Assembly (NCBI GenBank): GCA_050084515.1
Contig: CM114271.1
Coordinates: 930,001-994,000 of the forward strand
Reading direction: 5' to 3'
Source of the DNA: Blasia pusilla
Lineage: Eukaryota
Length of the DNA: 64,000 bases
Under the pieces are notes generated by a model. That model was not told the origin of the DNA. It searched no databases and worked only from the letters and a program-made list of their open reading frames with translations. Below are positions 40,120 to 54,000 of the stretch, piece by piece; within the stretch, counting starts at the first letter, position 1, and each line of letters opens with the position of its first letter. A program made the translations under genes and the position numbers.

Positions 40120-40380
40120 CAACCGGAGTGGGATGTTCCGATTGGTGAGTCCTACAGGACAAGTGTATAGACCAGATATAGTCTTGTTAGACTCAGGTGC
40201 CCAACCTTTGATGTTGGGAAAGGCGGCATGTATTGGTTTGGGTATTCGGAGGTTAGAGCTTGAGCCTTGCCCATTCCAGATTCAAACATCACGTGGAGGA
40301 GCCAATGATAGGTCTCAATTCATGACACTGGAGAAGTTTTATGTACAGTTGAGACCAGATCATGCGATTGATAGCTCCCG
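40120..40380 (+). pseudogene. E2 aspartic protease (N-terminal part; C-terminus deleted)
   Basis: VLLDSGAQP active-site motif at ~40180-40206. Confidence 0.85.
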
Positions 40381-40775
40381 GTATGAGCCAAGTTCCTGTG
40401 AGATTTATTTATGGGGCTCGACCAGGAGGGTCTTCCCCAACGATATTAGCATTTATGGCTGGTTTTAGTGGAGTAGTCACTTGGCCAAGAGATTTTTTGG
40501 AGGGTAATGTTTCTGCTATGGATTTTCCTATGGATGAGGAGGTAGAGGAGGTCCCTAGTTTTGCAGCAGTGGCATCCTCATCGTTGGATGTGCCACTTTG
40601 GAGTTCAGGCGGTGCACTACGGCACGAGGCTGATTGCCTAGTGCAGGAGGCTTGGTGTGAGGCTATTATACCTCACGAGGAAGAGGAGGCCCCACGGCGG
40701 ACTCCTACTTCTGGTCTAGTTGGGTTATCCCCTTTGGATACTAAACCCATTGTATGGCAGTATCCGCCGGATGGC

Positions 40776-41670
40776 ATTTGTGTGTTAGATCTCTTTGGTG
40801 GGATAAGCACTGGTTTGGCTGTAGTGTTGCAGGCCGGTATTCCTGTGTGGAGATATGTCTATGTGGAGCGAGATGAGACAGCCCAGAGAGTCTCATCCCG
40901 ACATATTGGTCAGTTGATGCGGAGATATCCTCATTTTTTTCCGCCATCAGCTATTCGTGGGTACCAGCGTGTTTTGCCGTCACACATTGCATTGTTGGGG
41001 GCGCAGGACCTTGAGAGGGTTGGTCCTGTGGATTTGGTGATTTCTGGATGGCCATGTCATGGTCATACAAGTGCTGGTCGTGGAGAGGGTTACACGACCC
41101 TAGGTCTCAATTATTTTGGGAGATGTTACGGGTGTTACGACATCTTCAGGTTCATAAGGCACATGCTCCAGCTTACATTCTGGAGAATGTTCCATTGTTG
41201 GGTGACACTCGGACCAGGATGATGGCGAGTGTTCATGAGGTGCAGTCTTGGATTGGACCAGCGGTGTTGTTGGATGTAGCGCGAGTTAGCTCGCGTGCAC
41301 ATTGTCCACGCTTGTGGTGGACAAACTTGTTGCCTAGGGAGGTTCTACGTCGAGCATATGATGCAGTGCAGCGGGATCCTTGCCTTACAGTGGATAGTAT
41401 CTTGGATACTGGGCGACTTTCTCAGGTGGTGAGGGTTATTGATCGGTCACCCATGGTAGTGGTGAACGGTGTGGGCCAGCCTAGGATGGCACTACCCATA
41501 TTTGTGAGTTTTCCCTCGTCACATGCCTACAGGGAAGGTGGTCCCGGGCTTGTATGGGATTCTCATGTGCGACAGTTGGTGGAGCCTAACGTTGATGTTA
41601 GAGAGCGTGCGATGGGATTTCCTACTGGCGTGACAGCGGTTGCTTCCATTTCTGAGGCTTCACGACGTCA
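40776..41670 (+). pseudogene. E2 DNMT3-like C5 cytosine methyltransferase domain within pol
   Basis: Motif I VLDLFGGI, II YVERD, IV DLVISGWPC, VI YILENV, VIII AHCPRLWWTNL and IX RERAMGFP occur in canonical order. There is one frameshift at ~41088. Motif X (LGQAMD) is deleted here but present in E1, E3 and E4. Confidence 0.92.
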
Positions 41671-41975
41671 TGGGTCTTCTACCCCTTGTGATGAGCTCGA
41701 TGGCTACCGGGACGGTAGAGGCATCGGCTGGGGGCGAGGAGAGATGTATTTTGCATCCTTGGAGTAAATGGGATGTAATGGCTGGGCATGTGGAGTTGGT
41801 TGCTCATGTTGGTGAAGGAGTTATTTGCTCAGATGATGGTGTAGCTAAGGGTGTACCATCTTGTGAGGGGGTTGCGTAGCAGCCAATGGTATCGTCCTCT
41901 CCCTCTAGTGTGCCAGTGGAGGAGACTTAGGAGCCATTACTTGGGCCCAAGCTTACGGGAGGTGAGAAACGATGC

Positions 41976-44853
41976 TTGACACAGTTCCTACGTCCTTATA
42001 GGAGTTTTTTTGCCTTTAGCATGAAGGAGTTGGGTGCTCTGGTTGGACCTGGTATACGGATTGATTTGGCTAGTGATACGCCAATCTTCCGTCGTCCCTA
42101 CCGATATAGTGATATGGAGAGGGACCTGATTCAGAGTAGGACGTTGGACCTTTTGGAGGCTGGATTAGTGGAGTTATCGCATGGAGAGTATGCATCAGCC
42201 ACTATCATGCCTGCTAAAAAGGATATGCATGGCAACTACACGGATATGCGGATGTGTGGAGATTACCGTCCTATCAATCGGCAAACCAAGGCCGATAGGT
42301 ATGCCATGCCTACACTTGAGGAGTTCTTTGATGTGGTGGGATAGGCAAAGATTTTCAGTATTTTGGATCTTCGAGCAGGATACCATCAATTTCCGATTCG
42401 GGAGAGTGACAAGGCCAAGACAGTATTTTGGGGTGTCAACTCTCATGGCAAGGATTTTTTGTACCAGTGGAAATTCTTACCCTTTGGGTTGAAGAATGCA
42501 CCTGCCGAGTTTCAGAGAGTGATGGACAGGATCCTAGCAGGGTTGGATTTTGTTCGGTGTTACATTGATGATATCTTGGTGTTCAGTAACACAGTGGAGA
42601 AGCATCAGATACATTTGCAGATTGTGTTTGAGCGGTTGAAAGCTCATGGTCTACGTTTGCATCCAGGAAAGTGTAAGTTCTTCCATGAGGATGTTGAGTA
42701 CTTGGGTCATGTGATCTATCTAGGTGGTTTGGGAGTTCAACAAGCAAAGGTGGAGGCTATTGCACTTATTCCGCGTCCGGTAGATATGAGTAGAGTTCAG
42801 GCATTCATGGGATTGGCAAACTACTATCGGAGGTATGTGAAGGGATTTAGTGCTATGGCAAAGCCTTTGAACCAATTGCTGAAATCAGATCAATAGTGGC
42901 ACTGGGGAGATGATCAGGAGAGAGCTTTTGAAGAGCTCAAGGCCCAGTTGGTGGCGGCGCCTATCTTGAGGAGACCTATCAGAGGGCGCCCATTTCAGTT
43001 ACACACTGATTGGAGTAGGTTGGGACTTGGAGCGGTGTTGACACAACATGATGATGAGCACATGGAGTTTCTGGTGGCCTATGCAAGTCGTTCGAATAAT
43101 GCAACGGAGTCGCGCTATAGTTCATATGAGGGAGAGTGCTTGGCAGTAGTGTGGGCTGTGGCACACTTTAGGTGTTACTTGTTTGGCAAACAGTTTACCC
43201 TTGTTACTGATCTCTAGCCGCTCAAGTGGTTGATGGAGTCTGACAAGCTTACAGGGAAGCTTGCACGGTGGGCTCTTATCTTACAAGAGTATGACTTCCA
43301 GGTGGTACATAGACATGGAGTTGCCAACCTTGATGCTGATGGGTTGAGTAGGAACTCATGTACTAGCCAAGAGGATACAACTGGGGCTATATGGCATGGC
43401 GAGGTTGATGAGGAGATGGTTCTAGGTTGGCATGCATCCGCCTTTTTATGTTGGTTAGGGGTGGACTCTAGTATGGAGGACCACATGATATCTTACTCTA
43501 GATGGCCAACCTTCAAATCCTAAGGTTGGAGATGGTGGTACGGATCAGCGTGATATTCATGATGATGCGTTGGTGTTGGAGTTCCTACGGACCAGTAGGG
43601 TGCCAGGCATAGTGAGTGCCAAGGAGCGAGACCGTGTTCTTCAACGTGCTAAGAGGTATCGATTGGAGGGAACACATATTCTCCGTGTGTGGGAGGATGG
43701 TAGAGTACGAGTAGTGCCGCATTTGGCTGAGAGAGAGCGCATTGTGCGATATGCCCATGAGGAGTTGGGACATTTTGGGGTAAAGCGTACGTATAGCTTA
43801 CTCCTTGGTCACTATTGGAGTGTGGACTTTGCGGGACCGTTACCGTTGAGTGTACGACATCATCGATATGTGTTGGTGATGGTGGAGCACTTCTCCAAGT
43901 GGATTAAGTTGGTGGCATTTCCTGACAAGGCAAGTGAGGGAACGGCATATGCATTTCTTGATAGAGTGCTTAGTCATTTTGGTGCACGAGCTGAAGTGCT
44001 GACCGACGAGGGTACAAAGTTTCAGGGTGAGTTTAAGGTCTTGTGTAACAAGGCGTTGATTGATCATCGGACCACGTCTCGAGATCATCCAGAGGCGGAT
44101 GGTTTGGCTGAGCGTGTGGTTCAGACGGTGAAGAGAGCATTGCGCAAGTATGGCCTACAGAAGGGGCATCTTGGAGACTGGGATATTCAGTTGCCATGGT
44201 TAGCCATGAGGTATAGGTTCAGTCGCCAAGCATCCTTGGCTTCCTTCTCACCTTATTTCCTGTTATATGGCCGAGATCTAGACTTTCCAGCAACAATTCG
44301 TCGGGAGTCTAGTAAGGTGGTGAACCTTGATGACCCAGAGATGTGGATGAGAGTGTGTTCTCAGCGGGCAGAGCTCTTTCGGAGAGTTATGCCAACCGCC
44401 TCGGAGAATCTTGCCATTGCTCAACACAGGGATACGTTGCGGTATGCAACTATTCGGGGTGGAGGTTATCAACCATTGATTCGTAGGTTCCATGTGGGGG
44501 ACTATGTCTATTTGCAGCAGATTGCACCGACAATGTTGGATGTAACGGCAGGCCGCACTATTTTAAGAGTGCGCGAGGTGATAGCTTCTGGAGTTCTCAT
44601 GTTGGAGGGTCCTGATGGAGTTGTTTGGAAGGACCGTGTGCGTAATTATGCGCCATGTCATCTTCCAAATGTGGATGATACTATTGACCCAAGCTTAGCC
44701 ATGATACGTGCTAGCTTGAGGTGCATGTTGTGTGGTAACGGAGCCCGTATGTTGGTGTGTGATCGATATTCTAGGGGTTGGCACATGATGTGTTTGATTC
44801 CATGTATGGATGTTGTTCCTACTGGAAGGTGGGTTTGTCCTCGATGTACTTAG
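41976..44853 (+). pseudogene. E2 RT, RNase H, DDE integrase and C-terminal PHD finger
   Basis: RMCGDYRPIN, LPFGLKNAPAEFQR, YIDD; HTDWS and YEGECLAVVWA; VDFAGP, LTDEG and DGLAER; CMLC...CDR...WHMMC...WVCPRC-stop. A few in-frame stops and a deletion in the HHCC region. Confidence 0.93.
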
Positions 44854-47800
44854 GAGAGGTAGATGACTTGATCTTTGCATGATATGGATTACAGATGTGC
44901 GACTAACGATAGAGCAACCAAGCACCCGACCTTCTGATTCGTGCACCCACGAAGGTGTATAGCATGTAGTAGATGTATAGGGCTACCTGGGAGTTAGAGG
45001 GACGTAACCGCCAGTTAGGGGGGCGAGTTGTGGTACACTTGTATTTTTGGATGCTCTCGTCTATGTTATGTAGGTATGTGAGTATGGTATGTCAGCGATG
45101 TATGTTGTATGACGATGTGGATTCCCACGACAATTATCATGACCATACAGATTATGTTGTAGAGTATAGTGTGCTAGTAGAGGCCATACCTTATGTAGGG
45201 CCGTAGTGTCTAGGTAGAGATGCGGTTTCATACATAGGGCTGGGGGTTACTCAGTTGAGCGTGACTTTTCCAGTAGGGCCCGCTCTTAGGTTGGAGGATA
45301 TAGTGTGGAGTGCACTCAAAGAACAGTTAGTTCTTTGAGTTGAGCCTGTTGCGTTGGGAGTTAGCCTTGGTAGTGAGTAGAGCTCTTGGCTATGGTGGTT
45401 CCCGCAAGCTTCCACCCGGATTCTCCCATCGTGGAGTGGGTTTGGCTCGATTGTATGTGATTCTATACCTGTTTTATGACATTAGATCTTTCACGGATTT
45501 TAGTTGTGGTACACTTGTGTTTGTGCATGCTCTCGTCTATGTTATGTAGGTATGTGAGTATGGTATGTCAACGATGTATGTTGTATGACGATGTGGATTC
45601 GCACGACAAACTAAATTCTAATCTTTTGGGATCCAATTGAAAATATCTAAAAACGAGTTTAATGGCCTGTGTGATGCCAAAAAAAAAAGTTCTTTAAAGA
45701 CAAAGTTGAAATGAAATGGTACTTTTTAATGCATATATAGCTAATGGAAGTTTTATAATCCTCGAACGAGGAGTTAGTGAAGAATTGTCGAATGACATTT
45801 GCATTAGAGAGCATTTAGCCACTCTAAGGCATAGAATAATGGCCTCAATCGGATATTGCACCCACTGGATGCCGTATGAGATCGGGCTGTAGCAACCTTA
45901 TCAGACCAACTACTAGTAGTGGCTAGACGTACATGAGCGATGGTGATGTCCATTTGGTTGCTTTTTGGCTCTGGACCTTCGACAAGTCCAACGTAGCCCC
46001 CCATGTATGGCACATTAGGTGCACACCAATGAAGTAAGTAGGATTCGTGACATGAGCATCAATTTTGTACAAAATTTTATCCGCATATATAGAGATTTTT
46101 CTTCTTGCATCATTTGGCTCGTGTCATTGGTGTGTTGAATAAATTAAATGAGATTTTAATAAATTTCTATAAGGTTTTTGGTAAATTATAAGCTGAGGAA
46201 AAAATGTTGGGGCTCAATTCTAAATCACACTGGCAATGCTTCCATAGATTGCAAGATCTTTGCGGCTCCATTGCGAGCCAACGACAAGTCATCGCGACTA
46301 CTTGTAATAAAATGGAACTTTGTAGCCGCAAACTATGAGTCAGATTCACATTCTTTGCGAGTCAGCTGGGAGTGCAACACTTGCAACGTTGTGGCTGCAT
46401 TGTGACTATGATGCACCATAAAATTAAAATTTTATGTCACAAAATTGAAGGGAAAAAAGAAAAGATGGCAATAAAGTGATAATAAGACTTCATAATAAGT
46501 CTTGGAAGATTTTGAACCCCTCAAATTACATAACATTCATTACCATATCTCTATTTTAGAATTTTGAAAATGAACAGAATTTCTATTATCATTTATAATA
46601 TTCATTATCTACAAGAATTCTAATATATTTACTTCTTCCCAAATAAAGGAGAAATATTCACTTAAAAAAACCTTTAAAAAGTCGTTCTAGAACACATGAG
46701 AGGAACGCAGTCACCTACTCAACGAACACGTGTCCAACAGTGAAGCTCCCGCGGTTCCCCGAAAACCACGTAGTACAGATATCACAGTCATATTGTGACA
46801 ACTGCCACATGTCAGGACGATCTCATCTCAACCGCACTGGCACCGGCACCTGTCACATGTCCACGTTCGTGCAAAGACGTGCCAACCTACCCCTGCATGT
46901 CCCTACAGGTGGCCCGATCCTGCCGGCTCTCAAATAGTAGGTGAGATCTGTGCCGTTGGTGAAACGAACGTGGGAGACAGGGGTTCTTACCCCGTTGGGC
47001 GTGTAAACTTTGGACTTTGGAGGGAAAGGTACGTACTCGTGGGTAATTAAAAGCACCACCTTGTGGATAAATAACTATTACCAACTTACCAGCATCGGTA
47101 AGCCGTATGTGTCTAGGCCCTAAAAACACCGACAAAAGAAAAAAAATATCTAATAAAAATAATTAATAATTACGAGAGTAATTGATTCCATTTAATGCAT
47201 TCAACTCATGTACTCGTAAGTGTGACCACTAAGTCACTCGTTACGTTTCAGCACTAAACACGTTTCTAATTAAGATGATTGGTACCTTTAAATCATAATA
47301 AATAATTGTTGTTTGTCTCTCGTATCCTCTTAGGTCACATTAGGTTTTCATGATAAGCATTCATCAGGAATTATATCACACGATTACAACCTCTACTTAT
47401 AATTGTTTTTCTTTTATTTCTTTATTTCTTGGAGCGTATTTATGTGGATTCCATTCACCATTTCTTTTCACATATGTGAAAATTTTCCCCTCTCAAGGGT
47501 TACATACGGTTTCATATTTGATGGACATCACAAGTTCATTCATGTAGGAGTAGGTAGATGGATATGCCGTCCTATTATTTTAGAATTATATTTTAATGTA
47601 AAATTTATAAACCATTTTAAATCTTAATTGTAGATGGTGTGCAAGACATGAAAAATATCCATGAATTAATTTTTTACCTAAAATATCTTTCCAAAATTTT
47701 TGGATTATTTATTTTCATATTTTTATCAAGTATTTATTTACAACAAATTTCACAAATTCAACTCCAAAATTAGAACATGTCCAATGTTTTACACATGATG

Positions 47801-48018
47801 AGGCCTTGGGACAAGTGGGGAAGTATATCTCAAGGAGAGACAAGCTTGGAGGTCATTATTTTATTGTTGAGCTTTCGTGTGTAACCAAAGCCTCTTAACT
47901 TCAAGAGATCATGAGAGAGTTCATTTGAAGCCCAAGAGTGAAGACTGAAGTGGGAAAGAGCCATCCTCGACCCGGGAGACGAGTGTAGAAGGAGCGGTCT
48001 CCGGGAGCAAAGGATTTT

Positions 48019-51000
48019 TGTCGTGCTTAATCCACATCATCATACAACATACATCGTTGACATACCATATTCACATACATACATAACATAAACGAGAGCA
48101 TCCACAAACACAAGTGTACCACAACTGAAATCCGTGAAAGACCTACTGTCATAAAACACATATAGAATCACATACAATCGAGCCAAACCCACTCCACGAT
48201 GGGAGAATCTAGATCGAAGCTTGAGGGAAACACCATAGCCAAGAGCTCTACTCACTACCAAGGCTAACTCCCAACGCAATAGGCTCAACTCAAAGAACTG
48301 ACTGTTCTTTGAGTGCACTCCACCTTATATCCTCCAACCTAAGAGCGGGCCCTACTGAAAAGTCACCTTCAATTGAGTAACCCCCAACCCTATGTATGAA
48401 ATCGCATCTCTACCTAGAAACCACGACCCTACATAAGGTATGGCCTCTACTAGCACACTATACTCTACGACATAATCCGTATGGTCATGACATACCGTCT
48501 GTCACGTTAAAAGCCGGAATGTCATCGAATCCACATCATCATACAACATACATCGCTGACATACCATACTCACATACCTACATAACATAGACGAGAGCAA
48601 CCAAAAACACAAGTGTACCACAACTCGCCCCCCTAATTGGCGGTTAGGTCCCTCTAACTCCCAGGTAGCCCTATACATCTACTACATGCTATACACCTTC
48701 TTGGGTGCACGAATCAGAAGGCCGAGTGCTAGGTTGCCCCATCGTTAGTCGCACATCTGTAATCCATATCATGCAAAGATCAAGTCATCTATCCCTCCCA
48801 AGTACATCGAGGACAAACCCACCTTCCAGTAGGAACAACATCCATACGTGGAGTCAAATACATCATGTGCCAATCCCTAGAACATCGATCACACACCAAC
48901 ATACAGGCTGCGTTACCAGCAGACCCACACAACATACACCTCAAGCTAGCACGTATCATGGCTAAGCTTGGGTCAACAATACCATCCACATTTGGAAGAT
49001 GATATGGCGCACAATTACGCACATGGTCCTTCCAAAAAACTCCATCACGACCCTCCAACATGAGAACTCTAGAAGCTAACACTCGCAAGCGACTCGTAAA
49101 ATAGTGCGGCATGCCGTCACATCCAACGTTGTCGGGCAATCGCTGCAAATAGACATAGTCCCCACATGGAACCTACGAATCGATGGTCGATAACCTCCAC
49201 CCGAATGGTTGCATACCGCAACGTATCCCCTGTGTTGAGCAATGGCAAGATTCTCAAAGGTCAGTTGGCATAACTCTCCGAAAGAGCTCGCCCTCGAGAA
49301 CACACTCTCATCCATATCTCTCGGGTCATCAAGGTTCACCACCTCACTAGACTCGACTTAATTGCGCCGGCAAGTCCGGATCTCGGCCGTATAACAGTAA
49401 AAATAAGGTGAGAAGGAAGCCAAGGATGCTTGGCGATCGAACCTATACCCCATGACTAACCATGGCAATTGAATATCCCGGTCTCCAAGATGCCCCTTCA
49501 GAGGCCGGACTTGCGCAATGCCCTCTTCACCAAAATCCGAACCACACGCTCAGCAACCCAAACCATCGCCTCTGGATGATCTCGAGACGTGGTCCGATGA
49601 TCAATCAACGCCTTGTCACACAAGACCTGAAACTCACCCAAACTCTCTACCCTGGTCGGTCGCCAGCTTCACCTGGTGCACCAAAATGACTAAGCACTCT
49701 ATCAAGAAACGCATACGCCGTTCCTCACTTGCCTTGTCCGTAATGCCACCAACTCAATCCACTTGGAGAAGTGCTCCACCATCACCAACACATATCGATG
49801 ATGTCGCATAAACCAACGGTAATGGTCCCGCAAAGTCCGCACTCCAACGGTAACCCAACCCCATAATAGGCAAGGGGTGTAACTGTGGTGTAGGGGCATT
49901 GAATGATGCCCTCACCCGGTCACAAACCATACAACATGACACCAATCGCCTGCACTGAGTATGCATGCCACGCCACCAATACTGACCAAGGAGTAAGCTA
50001 TACGTACGCTTTACCCCAAAATGTCCCAACTCCTCATGGGCATATCGCACAATGTGCTCTCTCTGAGCCAAATGCAGCACTACTCGTACTCTACCACCCT
50101 CCCACATACGGAGAATATGTGTTCCCTCCAATCGTTACCTCTTAGCACGTTGAAGAACACGGTCTCGCTCCTTGGCACTCACTATGCTTGGCACCCTACT
50201 GGTCCGTAGGAACTCCATTACCAAGGCATCATCATGAATATCACGCTGATCCGTACCACCATCTCCAACCTTAGGATCTGAAGGCTGGCCATCTACCCTC
50301 TGACTAGAGTAAGATATTATGTGGTCCTCCATACTAGAGTCCACCCCTAACCAATATAAAAAGGCGGATGCATGCCAACCTGGAACTGTCTCCTCATCAA
50401 CCTTGCCATGCCATATAGCCCCAGTTGTATCCTCTTGGCTAGTACATGGGTTCCTACTCAACCCATCAGCATCAAGGTTGGCAACTCCATGTCTATGTAC
50501 CACCTGGAAGTCATACTCCTGTAAGATAAGAGCCCACCGTGCAAGCTTCCCTGTAAGCTTGTCAGACTCCATCAACCACTTGAGCGGCTGGTGATCAGTA
50601 ACAAGGGTAAAATGTGTGCCAAACAAGTAACATCTAAAGTGTGCCACAGCCCACACTACTGCCAAGCACTCTCCCTCATATGAACTATAGCGCGACTCCG
50701 TTGCATTATTCGAACGACTTGCATAGGCCACCTGAAACTCCATGTGCTCATCATCATGTTGTGTCAACACCGCTCCAAGTCCCAACCTACTCCAATCAGT
50801 GTGTAACTGAAATGGGCACCCTCTGATAGGTCTCCTCAAGATAGGCTCCGCCACCAACTGGGCCTTGAGCTCTACAAAAGCTCTCTCCTGATCATCTCCC
50901 CAGTGCCACTCTTGATCTGATTTCAGCAATTGGTTCAAAGGCTTTGCCATAGCACTAAATCCCTTCACATACCTCCGATAGTAGTTCGCCAATCCCATGA

Positions 51001-54000
51001 ATGCCTGAACTCTACTCACATCTACCGGACGCGGAATAAGTGCAATAGCCTCCACCTTTGCTTGTTGAACTCCCAACCACCTGGATAGATCACATGACCC
51101 GAGTACTCAACATCCTCATGGAAGAACTTACACTTTCTTGGATGCAAACGTAGACCATGAGCTTTCAACCGCTCAAACACCATCTGCAAATGTATCTGAT
51201 GCTCCTCCACGGTGTTACTGAACACCAAGATGTCATCAATGTAACACCGAACAAAATCCAACCCTGCAAGAATCCTGTCCATCACTCTCTGAAACTCGGC
51301 AGGAGCATTCTTCAACCCAAAGAGTAAGAATTTCCACTGGTACAAACAATCCTTGCCATGAGAGTTGACACCCCAAAATGTTGTCTTGGCCTTGTCACTC
51401 TCCCGAATCGGCAATTTATGGTATCCTGCCCGAAGATCCAAAGTACTGAAAATCTTTGCCTGTCTCACCACATCAATGATCTCCTTAGGTGTAGCCATGG
51501 CATACCTATCGGCCTTGGTTTGCCGATTGATAGGACGATAATCTCCACACATCCGCATATCCGTGTAGTTGCCATGCATATCTGTTTTAGCAGGCATGAT
51601 AGTGGCTGATGCATACTCTCCATGCGATAACTCCACTAATCCACCCTCCAAAGGGTCCAACGTCCTACTCTGAATCAGGTCCCTATCCATATTATTATAT
51701 CGGTAGGGATAACGGAAGATTGGCGTATCACTAGCCAAATCAATCCATATACCGGTTCCAACCAGAGAACCCAACTCCTTCATGCTAAAGGCAAAAAAAC
51801 TCCTATTAGCACGTAGGAACTGTGTCAAGTGTCGTTTCTCACCTCCCGTAAGCTTGGGCCCAAGTAATGGCTCCTAAGTCTCCTCCACTGGCACACTAGA
51901 GGGAGAGAACGATGCCATTGGCTGCTACGCAACCCCCTCACAAGATGATACACCCTTAGCTACACCATCATCTGAGCAAATAACTCCTCCACCAGCATGA
52001 GCAACCAACTCCACATGCCCAGCGATTACATCCCATTTACTCCAAAATACTACTCTCCTCGCCCTCAGCCAATGCCTCTACCATCCCGGGAGCCATCGAG
52101 CTCATTACAAGGGGTGGAAGATCCAGAGACATAGTCCGAAGTCGACGATGCTTGGCCATACCAAGACTCAAAATCCAAGTCAAACAATTCAGGTCCATGG
52201 CCTGACCCAACACCTGACGTCGTGAAGCCTAAGAAATGGAAGCAACCGTTGTCACACCAGTAGCAAAATCCCATCGCACGCTCTCTCTCATCAGCGTTAG
52301 GCTCCACCAACTGTCGCACATGAGAATCCCATACAAGCCTGGAACCACCTTCCCTATATGCATGTGACGAGGGAAAACTCATAAATGTGGGTAGTGCCAT
52401 CCTAGGCTGGCCCACACGGTTCACCACTGCCATGGATGACCGATCAATAACCCTCACCACCGAGAAAGTCGCCCAAAGATATCAAGATACTATCCACTGT
52501 AAGGCAAGGATCCCGCTGCACTGCATCATATGCTCGACATAGAACCTCCCTAGGCAACAAGTTTGTCCACCACAAGCGTGGACAATGTGCACGCGAGCCA
52601 ACTCGTGCTGCATCCAACAACACCGCTGGTGCAATCCAAGACCGCACCTCATGAACACTCGCCATCATCCGGGTCCGAGTGTCACCCAACAATGGAACAT
52701 TCTCCAGAATGTAAGCTAGAGCACGTGCCTGATGAATCTGAAGATGTCGTAACATCCGTAACATCTCCCAAAACAATCGAGACCTAGGGTCGTGTAATCC
52801 CTCACCACGACGAGCACGTGTATGACCCTGACATGGCCATCTAGCAATCACCAAATCCACAGGACCAACCCTCTCAAGGTCCTGCGCCCCCAACAATGCA
52901 ATGTGTGATGGCAAAGCATGCTGGTACCCACGAATAGCTGATGGCGGCAACAACTCAAGATATCTCCGCATCAACTGACCAATATGTCGGGATGAGACTC
53001 TCTGGGCCGTCTCATCTCGCTCCACATACACGTATCTTTGCACAGAATACCGCCCGCATAACACTCTGACCAAACCAAAGTGCTAATCCCACCAAAGAGA
53101 TCTAACACACAAATGCCCTCCGCGGATATCGCCATATAATGGGTGTAGTATCCAAAGGGTATAACCTAATGGACCAGAAGTAGGAGTCCGTGGGGCCTCC
53201 TCTTCCTCGTGAGGTATAATGACCTCACACCAAGCCTCTGCACTAGGCGATCAGCCTCCTGCCGTAGTGCACCGCATGAACTCCAAAGTGGCACATCCAA
53301 CGATGAGGATGCCACTGCTGCAAAAATAGGGACCTCCTCTACCTCCTCATGCACAGGAGAATCCATAGTAGAAACATTACCCTCCAAAAAATCTGCTGGC
53401 CAAGTGACTACTCCACTAAAACTAGCCACAGATGCTAACACTGTTGGGGAAGACCCTCTTGGTCGAGCCCCATAAATAAATCTCACAGGAACTTGGCTCA
53501 TACGTTCATCCCTGGACTGCAAACCAGGTCTATAAGACGTTGTCTCAGTCTAGTAATCCATCTGAAAACCCATCGGGTACAATACTGCTCCTCCAACTAG
53601 TACATCATACGACTCGACTCCGATGTGACTACGCAGAGATACTCCCAACCGGAGCTATCGATCGCATGAGCTGGTCTCAACTGTACAGAAAACTTCTCTC
53701 GTGTCATGAATCGAGACCTATCATTGGCTCCTCCAAGTGATGTTTGAATCTGGAATGGGCAAGGCTCAAGCTCTGACCTCCGAATACCCAAACCAATACA
53801 TGCCGCCTTTCCCAACATCAAAGGTTGGGCACTTGAGTCTAACAAGACTCTATCTGGTCTATACACCTGTCCTGTAGGACTCACCAATTGGAATATCCCA
53901 CTCCGGTTGTCCAACATACATACACCAGGTGTAAGCCTCTCACGATCAATGGCTGGCCGGGCTCGTAATACATCCATCTTCGCCGCTGCTGCCTGCCAAG

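Larger units (their letters stand above)
27127..45608 (+). mobile_element. E2: Ty3/Gypsy-DNMT retroelement (family 2), structure A-int-B-AT-A-GT-B, with E3 nested in its leader
   Basis: tgtcatgacc...gcacgaca is flanked by an AACT/AACT TSD (27123-27126, 45609-45612). A = 27127-27494 and 45135-45502; B = 45029-45132 and 45505-45608; PPT at 45017-45027. Confidence 0.95.

Noticed and set aside
45135-45608. Reading A-GT-B as an ordinary 3' LTR with a truncated 5' LTR
   Set aside because: The PPT precedes B rather than A, the PBS follows A rather than B, and E3 with a perfect TSD has the same A-only and B-only ends. Truncation cannot explain three copies and two families.
46720-46900. Cluster of ACGT/CACATG (G-box/ABRE-like) motifs
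   Set aside because: The motifs are short and I could not identify a downstream gene, so they may be chance.
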